Source: a virus. Taken from it: DNA of 53,374 bases. The stretch is from IMG/VR virus record IMGVR_UViG_3300025009_000019; one strand, 5' to 3'. The translations under genes were made by a program, and so were the position numbers. Below the pieces are notes generated by a model. It saw nothing but the letters and a program-made list of their open reading frames with translations. It ran no database searches and had not been told where the DNA came from. This document shows positions 38,238 to 44,556 of this stretch, in pieces (within the stretch, counting starts at the first letter, position 1; each line of letters starts with the position of its first letter).

Positions 38238-38375
38238 GTGCCTAACAAGCGGTCATAAAACATTGGGGGTTAAGTGGTTAATCGAGCGTTCTACCTCGCA
38301 TCAAGGTTCGGTATCGGGGGATACATTCGCAGCTCCGAAAACCCCAACGTTTCATACCGCCGTCCGTTATAGGCA
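38238..38375 (-). ncRNA. Structured RNA candidate E5, homolog of E7
   Basis: 19-bp closing stem 38249-68 / 38342-60 has two G-U pairs and one bulge in the minus sense (A-C mismatches in the plus sense). Outer boxes are TGCCTATAAC (minus sense, 38375-66) and GTTAGGCA. Inner hairpin GUAUC-CCCC-GAUAC. A roughly 60-nt core is conserved with 40046-40179. Confidence 0.55.
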
Positions 38376-38645
38376 ATACGGTTTGGTGCATTTAATAAAC
38401 TTTGGTTTTTTGTTCAAATAAATGAATTCGTTCCACCAACCAGTACAAGGTAATATCCAATATTGAAAACTATACCATTGGTAGGTTTTTGTTTTCCCCC
38501 CAGTTCCTCTTGATGCTATATTACCATCTGCCATTAAATCGAAACTATGTAATGTATAGTTTTCAATTCGCTTCTCAGTACATTTTGTAAGTCGAACAAA
38601 AAACCACTGAAAGAAAAATACGTTTACTGCTTTTAATTTAGTCAT
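38367..38645 (-). CDS. Hypothetical 92-aa protein, exactly bracketed by the 10-bp inverted repeat GTTATAGGCA/TGCCTATAAC
   Basis: The stop codon lies inside the box at 38366-75. The partner box at 38662-71 lies 16 nt upstream of the ATG. Confidence 0.45.
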   Translation of the reverse strand: MTKLKAVNVFFFQWFFVRLTKCTEKRIENYTLHSFDLMADGNIASRGTGGKTKTYQWYSFQYWILPCTGWWNEFIYLNKKPKFIKCTKPYCL

Positions 38646-38661
38646 ATCGTTAAAATTGCAC

Positions 38662-38797
38662 TGCCTATAACAACAAATATAAAACAGCAGGGCAGTATTA
38701 CTGAATTATAATGTGTGCTACTATTCATCATTTGTGGTCGGCTGATAGGGTTTTGCACTTAATCCCTGCCGTTTCATATTTGCAGCCGTTACCTGCA
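38662..38797 (-). ncRNA. Structured RNA candidate E6
   Basis: 18-bp stem 38675-92 / 38764-81 is perfect in the minus sense with two G-U pairs. The 5' box is TGCAGGTAAC (minus sense) and the 3' box GTTATAGGCA. Confidence 0.55.
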
Positions 38798-38819
38798 AGT
38801 GTAAGAAACTGCACAGCCA

Positions 38820-40004
38820 TTAATGAGCCTTGAAATTATAGAGTGGTTTAATCACTCCGATAATATCAACGGTTTCAGTAATTGCAGATTTAATTTCATC
38901 AATTGATTTATAAGCCTGTGGAGCTTCATCCAAAGTTTCAGTAACAACCGAAGTTGTATAAACATCTTTCATTGTTTCAACAAAATCAGCCATATTAATA
39001 GCTTCTTTTGCTTTGCTTCGGCTCATTAATCTACCTGCTCCATGAGGTGCTGAATAGTTCCAGTTTTCATTTCCTTTGCCAATACACAATAAAGAACCAT
39101 CACGCATATTAATTGGAATAAGCAATGTTTCCCCATTTTCAGCAGAAACCGCACCTTTTCTCAAAATCATGCGTTTAAAATCAATGTAGTTGTGTATTGT
39201 TTCAAATCGTTCAGCTTCTTGCAAACCAGCTTCTTTTAAAATAATTTCAGCCATTGTTTCACGGTTCAAAGTCGCAAATTTTTGAACAATAGCCATATCA
39301 TTCATATAGTCGGCAAAGTTATTACCAGTTAAAAAGGCTAAATCCTTATCGGTTACAGGCTTTTTAATCTTCTTAATTTCGGCTGCAATTTCTTTTTCTC
39401 TACCTTCTGCTTTTAGTTTGTCAATTGCATTTTTAACAACTTTGCTCATTTCATTGGCATTTTGAAAGGCTTTATCTTGGTAATACTTACAAGTATCACC
39501 GCCTAATTTTCGGCTTCCTGAATGTATAATCAAATACAGTTCGCCAGTTATTTCATGTTTGCCGACTTCAATAAAATGGTTTCCACCACCAAGCGAACCA
39601 ATTGAAAGCACTGCACGGCTTAAATTAACGTGTTTTTCACAGCGTAAATTTGTAAAGTCGAAATCTTTCTTTGATTTTTCGTGAACACTAAAACCACAAG
39701 GCACTTTAGTTTTAATTACTTCGTCCAGTTTTTCAAAGTCAATTTCTTTGTTTTTGAGCTTAATTGTAAGCATTCCGCAACCAATATCAACACCTACCAA
39801 ATTTGGAGTTACTTTGTCGGTTATAGTTATTGTTGTACCAACTGTACAACCTTTACCAGCGTGTGCATCAGGCATAATTCGCACATTTGCATTTTCATAC
39901 GCTTCAAAGTTTACCAGTTTTTTAATTTGGTCATACGCTTCAAATTCAAATGTTTCAGCGAATATTAGCGTTTCAATTCCTTTGTTATTTTTAATCGTTT
40001 TCAT
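38820..40004 (-). CDS. rtcB: RNA 3'-phosphate/2',3'-cyclic-phosphate to 5'-OH ligase RtcB
   Basis: Motifs DAHAGKGCTVGTT, GGGNHFIE, HSGSRKLG and PHGAGR in a 394-aa protein. Confidence 0.85.
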   Translation of the reverse strand: MKTIKNNKGIETLIFAETFEFEAYDQIKKLVNFEAYENANVRIMPDAHAGKGCTVGTTITITDKVTPNLVGVDIGCGMLTIKLKNKEIDFEKLDEVIKTKVPCGFSVHEKSKKDFDFTNLRCEKHVNLSRAVLSIGSLGGGNHFIEVGKHEITGELYLIIHSGSRKLGGDTCKYYQDKAFQNANEMSKVVKNAIDKLKAEGREKEIAAEIKKIKKPVTDKDLAFLTGNNFADYMNDMAIVQKFATLNRETMAEIILKEAGLQEAERFETIHNYIDFKRMILRKGAVSAENGETLLIPINMRDGSLLCIGKGNENWNYSAPHGAGRLMSRSKAKEAINMADFVETMKDVYTTSVVTETLDEAPQAYKSIDEIKSAITETVDIIGVIKPLYNFKAH

Positions 40005-40045
40005 ATCGTAAAATTAAGAATATTAATAAATTAGTACAAACACCA

Positions 40046-40179
40046 GCAGGTAACACAAGCTATAACCAATAAAGGTTTTAGTGGTTAATCAAACGTTGTA
40101 GCTCGCATCCAGTTCGGTATCGGTTGATAGTGCATCGCTCCGTAATCCTTTACTGGTAATAGCCACAAACGTTACCTGC
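40046..40179 (-). ncRNA. Structured RNA candidate E7, homolog of E5, immediately upstream of rtcB
   Basis: Self-closing 9-bp boxes GCAGGTAAC / GTTACCTGC (40046-54 / 40171-79). 17-bp stem 40059-75 / 40147-63 with one G-U and one U-U in the minus sense. Conserved core CGGAGC..UAUC-NNCC-GAUACCGAAC..GAUGCGAG..GAUUAACCACU. Confidence 0.55.
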
Positions 40180-40182
40180 AAT

Positions 40183-40476
40183 TTATTTTACCCCACGCTC
40201 CTTCTGCATTTGTTCCAGTCGTTCTTGAAATCGGCTTTTCTTGCCTACCTCTGTAAAGTTTTTAATTTCGCTCTTGTTTTTAACTGCGAACACAGCACTT
40301 GCAATAAACATCAATAGTGCTACTCCTGCACATATTAAAATCATCCAAACGCTCCACCAATTAAAAACTTTGTCCTTCACCAAGTAGAGTATAAATTCTA
40401 CTATCGCCCAAATTGATGATGCTACTGCTCCTAAGTAGGCAAGAAAAGCCGTTACTCCTGTTAATATTGTTTTCAT
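40183..40476 (-). CDS. 97-aa membrane protein (three hydrophobic segments)
   Basis: Hydrophobic segments GVTAFLAYLGAVASSIWAIVEFILYLV and WMILICAGVALLMFIASAVFAV. Confidence 0.5.
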   Translation of the reverse strand: MKTILTGVTAFLAYLGAVASSIWAIVEFILYLVKDKVFNWWSVWMILICAGVALLMFIASAVFAVKNKSEIKNFTEVGKKSRFQERLEQMQKERGVK

Positions 40477-40517
40477 TTTTAAATTTGTTTAATGCCTCCC
40501 TTAGTAAAATAAACTGA

Positions 40518-40620
40518 CAGGTAACAAGGGCTTGGCAAAATGCCACCAATCAGCTTTGTGCCTTGAATTTTATCGGTTGCTTGGTGGCACTATCGCCAAG
40601 CCCCGTCCGTTATAGCCAAT
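40518..40620 (-). ncRNA. Structured RNA candidate E8
   Basis: Nested perfect stems GGGCTTGGC/GCCAAGCCC (40528-36 / 40595-603) and TGCCACCAA/TTGGTGGCA (40541-49 / 40581-89). Shares the 13-mer CCGTCCGTTATAG (40603-15) with E5 (38360-72). Confidence 0.55.
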
Positions 40621-40868
40621 TAAAAAATCCACATCGCATTATCAATTGCAGCTCGATGACAAATTGAACAGGCTACACTTCCGCTTTTAACTGATTTATA
40701 ATTATCATCATACCATATACCAGCTTCTTTTATATCTTCAAAAAAATACTGTTTATCAAAAGCTTCGTAAACCATAGCATTTTCATTACATACATGGTCA
40801 GTTGGTTCGCCTCCGCACATTATTGCAGTAGATTCGCCTAAGTCTATTATTTTACATCCTTGTCTCAT
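40620..40868 (-). CDS. 82-aa Cys-rich protein
   Basis: Motifs MCGGEPTDHVCN...ACSICH. Confidence 0.45.
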   Translation of the reverse strand: MRQGCKIIDLGESTAIMCGGEPTDHVCNENAMVYEAFDKQYFFEDIKEAGIWYDDNYKSVKSGSVACSICHRAAIDNAMWIF

Positions 40869-40873
40869 TTATT

Positions 40874-40943
40874 GGTTATAGCTTCATCGTTAGTAGCAAG
40901 GCAAAGACGCTCCGATTGAACGTCCGTGCCAAGCATTTAGATT
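40874..40943 (-). ncRNA. Structured element, family A copy 3 (hairpin 40900-40930) plus TAAC-type boxes
   Basis: Minus sense GGCACGGACGUUCAAUCGGAGCGUCUUUGCC-UUGCUACUAAC. Differs from copy 1 by a C/U change that keeps a pair (G-C versus G-U). Confidence 0.5.
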
Positions 40944-41066
40944 TTAGTCTGTGATAATTGACAATTGTCCACAGGCTGCGCCATTTTCAATCTCACTTTG
41001 AGTTGCTACGGCAACGGCAAAATCATAGCCGTTTTCTTCTAATTGACTTTTAATTTGTTCAGTCAT
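40944..41066 (-). CDS. Possible 40-aa ORF (MTEQIKSQLEENGYDFAVAV...)
   Basis: Hand translation. Starts 11 nt after the radical-SAM stop. Confidence 0.25.
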   Translation of the reverse strand: MTEQIKSQLEENGYDFAVAVATQSEIENGAACGQLSIITD

Positions 41067-41077
41067 TGCTTTATGTA

Positions 41078-41860
41078 TTAAATTAAATTAATTCCCTCTA
41101 CTACTCCACTTCCAAGCCCATTCTTTTCAGAAGTAGTATTCGGGTTTATTGGGCTTATTTTTATGAAAAATTTATCTTTATCAAAATGTTGTTTAATCTT
41201 TTTAATATCAAAGTCTTTTTCTTCTACCAGCGTTAAGTTTATGGTAGTTTTCAAATTGCTTTCGGTTCTTACATTTCCAAGTTGCTCAATGGTCATTTTG
41301 TTTTTGAATGGTATTAGCCAATTCCTATGCTCTTCATCCAAGCTATGCAAAGAAAGTTGCAGCGTCAGATTGTCTTTTATCCAAGTAAAATCAGCATCTT
41401 TCAAACCAATAGTTGAAATATAGTGGTGTGTATTTGGGTAGTGTTGGCTTATTTTTTCAATTGCCTTTTTTACGTTTTCAATATTTAAAAACGGTTCTCC
41501 CATTCGGGTATAGTTTATTTTAAACTCTTTACTATCCAATGGGTTTATGTTGTTTTTAGCAATTATAAACTCAACTTGGGTTGTAATTTCTTGCCAAGTC
41601 AAATTACGCCAACTTTTCATTTGTCCAGTTGCACAAAATTTGCATCTTACAGGGCATCCACTCATTACGCTTACTCCAACCATCCAGCGTTCCGAACGGT
41701 CGCTTAATTCGTAATTGTCTAGCATATTTTGCTTTCTACCTATTGCATCTTTTGTATAGTAAGGTAAAAAAGTATCGGTAGTTTCAATTAACATTCCGTC
41801 CTCTAATTCGAGGCAATAAACGCTACCGTTTTTAAAGTTCTTTTGTTTTTTAATTTTCAT
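41078..41860 (-). CDS. RlmN/Cfr-like radical-SAM enzyme, short form lacking both methyl-transfer cysteines
   Basis: The cluster SGCPVRCKFCATGQ and the motifs MGEPFLN, ISTIG, LQLSLHS and IKISPINP parallel RlmN GCALECKFC, MGMGEPLLN, LSTSG, LAISLHA and INLIPWNP. The C118-equivalent is Gly/Val, and the protein ends before the C355 region. Confidence 0.6.
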   Translation of the reverse strand: MKIKKQKNFKNGSVYCLELEDGMLIETTDTFLPYYTKDAIGRKQNMLDNYELSDRSERWMVGVSVMSGCPVRCKFCATGQMKSWRNLTWQEITTQVEFIIAKNNINPLDSKEFKINYTRMGEPFLNIENVKKAIEKISQHYPNTHHYISTIGLKDADFTWIKDNLTLQLSLHSLDEEHRNWLIPFKNKMTIEQLGNVRTESNLKTTINLTLVEEKDFDIKKIKQHFDKDKFFIKISPINPNTTSEKNGLGSGVVEGINLI

Positions 41861-41907
41861 TGTATCAATATTTTAAGATTAATAATAAAAACAATGGCAC
41901 TTGGTTT

Positions 41908-41998
41908 CCTAACCGATGGCTTGTCAAACACTGTATCTTATTTTCATAAGCGAAACTTGTACAGGCAAAGCCACTGTTCTTATTCTAAACCGTTAGCC
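41908..41998 (-). ncRNA. Structured RNA candidate E10
   Basis: Minus sense: 5' box GGCUAAC-GGUU, stems GUGGCUU/AAGCCAU and CUGUA/UACAG, GNRA-capped hairpin CUUAU-GAAA-AUAAG, and 3' box GUUAGG. Confidence 0.45.
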
Positions 41999-42010
41999 TA
42001 ACCGCTACCG

Positions 42011-42301
42011 CTACCGATTAACCATATTAATACTCTTTTCTTTTTTCAATTCCTCTAAACAAACCGCTTCAATCATGTCGAAGTGGTCTTTATCAATGAT
42101 GTGAGTGATGTCGATTAGTCGCTTTACACGCTCATTATCGTTGTGAACAATTACCTCAATACTATCTAGGTCAATCTCGAAGTCTTGACATGAACAAATA
42201 TCGGCATCTGATTCCTCGTTTTGAACGAAGCCTTTGCACAACAACGGTATAATATTATTGTAACCGTCATTGTAGTTTATTTCCAATCTAAAGTTATCCA
42301 T
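42011..42301 (-). CDS. Acidic hypothetical protein
   Basis: 96-aa ORF. Confidence 0.45.
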   Translation of the reverse strand: MDNFRLEINYNDGYNNIIPLLCKGFVQNEESDADICSCQDFEIDLDSIEVIVHNDNERVKRLIDITHIIDKDHFDMIEAVCLEELKKEKSINMVNR

Positions 42302-42303
42302 TT

Positions 42304-42522
42304 TTATACGTGTTTAGTAAATGAAGCATAACACGCAATTACTACGCTATGTAGCTCTGTTATTTCTTCTAAATTCAACTGCGAAATATTGTGAAATATC
42401 TCTTGCTTTTCAGTTGTACAAGTTAATTTAGGTTCTTTACCGTCTTCTTTTTCAATCTCAATTTGAAATCTTCCGAAGTCATACTCGATTGTACGAGTTG
42501 TTCGTTTGTGTTTTAGTTCCAT
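42304..42522 (-). CDS. Small hypothetical protein
   Basis: 72-aa ORF. Confidence 0.4.
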   Translation of the reverse strand: MELKHKRTTRTIEYDFGRFQIEIEKEDGKEPKLTCTTEKQEIFHNISQLNLEEITELHSVVIACYASFTKHV

Positions 42523-42523
42523 T

Positions 42524-42739
42524 TTATTTAGTTTTTAAAATTATTTCTGCGTAAAGTTCCATGCTTCTATGTATCATTCTGTCTAGCGTTTGCACTCCAA
42601 CACTCTGTCGCATAACAAACGTCAAACATTCTGACCGTATTTGTTCACGTGAATAGCCGTCATTTATCATTTTCGTTTTTTGATTAATAAATTCAAGCGT
42701 TTTATTTACATGGGTGTCCATTGGGTGTCTTAATTCCAT
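42524..42739 (-). CDS. Small hypothetical protein
   Basis: 71-aa ORF. Confidence 0.4.
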   Translation of the reverse strand: MELRHPMDTHVNKTLEFINQKTKMINDGYSREQIRSECLTFVMRQSVGVQTLDRMIHRSMELYAEIILKTK

Positions 42740-42841
42740 TTTTATTTTATTAATGTTAGTAAATTATCAATAATACTTTCAAGTCCGCACATTAACAATA
42801 CAGCTATTACTACGACTGTATAAGCTAATATTTTTTCTACT

Positions 42842-43036
42842 TTATTTTTCATCGTATTGAATTTTTATGTTAGTGTAAATTTTTCCTTTTTCGTCTGTTA
42901 TTTTTTTAATTTCTAAACTCCACCCACTTTTATATGCAAAATCTAAAGCCGACAATATGCAATACTCAATAGAAAAAGCGTGAATTGTTTCGATATTTCC
43001 ATTCGCAAATTCGACTTTAAATTGTGTTCGTTTCAT
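42842..43036 (-). CDS. Small hypothetical protein
   Basis: 64-aa ORF. Confidence 0.4.
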   Translation of the reverse strand: MKRTQFKVEFANGNIETIHAFSIEYCILSALDFAYKSGWSLEIKKITDEKGKIYTNIKIQYDEK

Positions 43037-43038
43037 GG

Positions 43039-43209
43039 TTATTGTTCTATATGGTTATAAATTAATTTCATTACCCAAGCGTTTTCAAACTCATAAATTC
43101 CGCATATTTCGCAAGCCTCTTGTTCGGTGTCGTAATAGTTTATTTGACCTTTATCATTCTTCATAAAACCCATATCTCTAAGGTCTATAATCACATATTG
43201 TCCTTCCAT
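43039..43209 (-). CDS. Possible 56-aa ORF (MEGQYVIIDLRDMGFMKNDKG...)
   Basis: Hand translation. It is the first ORF after the terminator and motif region. Confidence 0.3.
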   Translation of the reverse strand: MEGQYVIIDLRDMGFMKNDKGQINYYDTEQEACEICGIYEFENAWVMKLIYNHIEQ

Positions 43210-43272
43210 TTTTAAATTAAGTTTAGTTTATGATTACGAAAATAATCATTATATCAATACGAAAATCTAAAT

Positions 43273-43302
43273 TTTGACGAACGTATTTATAATTTTGACG
43301 AA
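43273..43302 (-). promoter_or_regulatory. Two copies of the TTCGTCAAA motif
   Basis: Plus-strand TTTGACGAA at 43273-81 and 43294-302, just downstream (minus sense) of the endolysin terminator. Confidence 0.5.
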
Positions 43303-43304
43303 TG

Positions 43305-43335
43305 TAAATAAAAAAGGCTCGAATTAACAAGCCTT
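43305..43335 (-). terminator. Rho-independent terminator after the endolysin gene
   Basis: Minus sense AAGGCU-UGUUAAUUCG-AGCCUU followed by UUUUUAU. The stem overlaps the stop codon. Confidence 0.5.
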
Positions 43336-43765
43336 ATAATATTGGTGTGAAATATAAATCACATTCCGCTTTTCGTCTGCGAACTAATCCATTTAATACT
43401 TTGCCTTTTGCTGTGATGTAATGCTCCGTAAACCACTTTTGTATATAAATATCTAATGCCTTTTCATTAATCAACTTAAATAGTGTTTCCGAGCCTCCTG
43501 TATTATAGCAATAAGAAACTAAGGCATCGAACTGATTTTGATTAACAACCACCTTTAAATGATTATTAACGTACTTTTCCCATTGTTCAATGTCCTCTTT
43601 TAGTCTAAATTCGGCTTGCTCTCTAGTTATTTCCATTCCCATAGTTATGTTTTTAGTCGTTCCGTAACCAATTGTAACAACACCAGCAGGACATAAATAG
43701 GCTTTTAAACTTAAAGATTCAAACTCTTTGATTAAATTAATTCCTCTTTCGCTTATCTTTTGCAT
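43334..43765 (-). CDS. Endolysin, T4-lysozyme-like (GH24)
   Basis: GINLIKEFESLSLKAYLCPAGVVTIGYGT matches the E-x8-(D/C)-x5-T lysozyme N-terminal signature region. Confidence 0.7.
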   Translation of the reverse strand: MQKISERGINLIKEFESLSLKAYLCPAGVVTIGYGTTKNITMGMEITREQAEFRLKEDIEQWEKYVNNHLKVVVNQNQFDALVSYCYNTGGSETLFKLINEKALDIYIQKWFTEHYITAKGKVLNGLVRRRKAECDLYFTPIL

Positions 43766-43976
43766 ACTTATTTAGTTTTTTATATAATTCTCGATATGGT
43801 TTTAACGATGGCTTTCTAAACCCTATTGGATTAACGTATCGACTAATCTCATTAAGATTCTCAACTTCGTTGTCAAGTTGTTTATAAATCTCGTTTATGT
43901 TGTTTAGCCTCTCGCTTATCAACTCGTTTAGCTTTTTTCTCAACACGTTTCTCTTTTCTAGTTTTATCCGGTTCAA
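43737..43976 (-). CDS. Coiled-coil small protein (overlaps 43882..44139 by 95 nt; one of the two may be mis-called)
   Basis: 79-aa ORF. Confidence 0.3.
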   Translation of the reverse strand: MNRIKLEKRNVLRKKLNELISERLNNINEIYKQLDNEVENLNEISRYVNPIGFRKPSLKPYRELYKKLNKYAKDKRKRN

Positions 43977-44139
43977 TTACCGGTTCATTATTTACCTCAA
44001 TCGGTGCTTTGTTTCCTTTTACCTTAATATCATTGTCAATATTAGTAACCTCGTCAGGTTTGCTTAAATTATCTTTAAAAATATAGCCCCAAATAAACCC
44101 TAAAGTTAGATAAAATATTATTTTCTGCCACCATTTCAT
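43882..44139 (-). CDS. Small N-terminally membrane-anchored protein (holin or spanin candidate)
   Basis: TM segment WWQKIIFYLTLGFIWGYIF followed by a Lys-rich tail. Confidence 0.4.
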   Translation of the reverse strand: MKWWQKIIFYLTLGFIWGYIFKDNLSKPDEVTNIDNDIKVKGNKAPIEVNNEPVIEPDKTRKEKRVEKKAKRVDKREAKQHKRDL

Positions 44140-44142
44140 AAC

Positions 44143-44556
44143 TCAAATTTTGTGTTCAGTTCCTTTTTCATTCAAATTTTTAGGAGCAAGAACATTATTC
44201 AATACAAATCTTATAATCACTTGTATTGGTTGAAGATACCATAGTGTTGAAGTTGTAGGCATCTTTGCGATAAACATTCCAAGTATTGTTAATATGCTAC
44301 TTAAAATCCATATAATCCAAGTCCAGATTGAGCTTTCGGATTCGGGCTTGTTTTCGTACTCGTTTTGAATTTCAGTATATAATTCTGCTCTGAATAAAGA
44401 ATCTTGCAACAATGCAAGTGCTTCATTTTTTAATTCACTTTTTAAAGAATCGGAGATAACAAATTCTTTATTTTCTACTGTAATTTGTGGTTTTGGCTGT
44501 GCAAAGCTAACTGTTAAAGTTAGAACTAATGCGATTGATAAGATTAAATTTTTCAT
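44143..44556 (-). CDS. Signal-peptide protein with C-terminal TM segments (lysis-module candidate)
   Basis: N-terminus MKNLILSIALVLTLTVSFAQ, later IWTWIIWILSSILTILGMFIA. Confidence 0.45.
   Translation of the reverse strand: MKNLILSIALVLTLTVSFAQPKPQITVENKEFVISDSLKSELKNEALALLQDSLFRAELYTEIQNEYENKPESESSIWTWIIWILSSILTILGMFIAKMPTTSTLWYLQPIQVIIRFVLNNVLAPKNLNEKGTEHKI

Noticed and set aside
38260-38345. tRNA-like reading of E5 and E7 on the plus strand (AGTGGTTAA as a D-loop, GGTTCGGTATC as a T-loop)
   Set aside because: No cloverleaf can be drawn, and the T-loop lacks the conserved A58-type position and a complementary T-stem. The long stems carry A-C mismatches on the plus strand but G-U pairs on the minus strand. 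I found no convincing tRNA anywhere in the window, though this was by eye only.
40361-40549. 62-aa minus-strand ORF overlapping the membrane-protein gene and element E8
   Set aside because: It overlaps 40183..40476 in another frame and runs through the nested stems of E8. It is most likely spurious.
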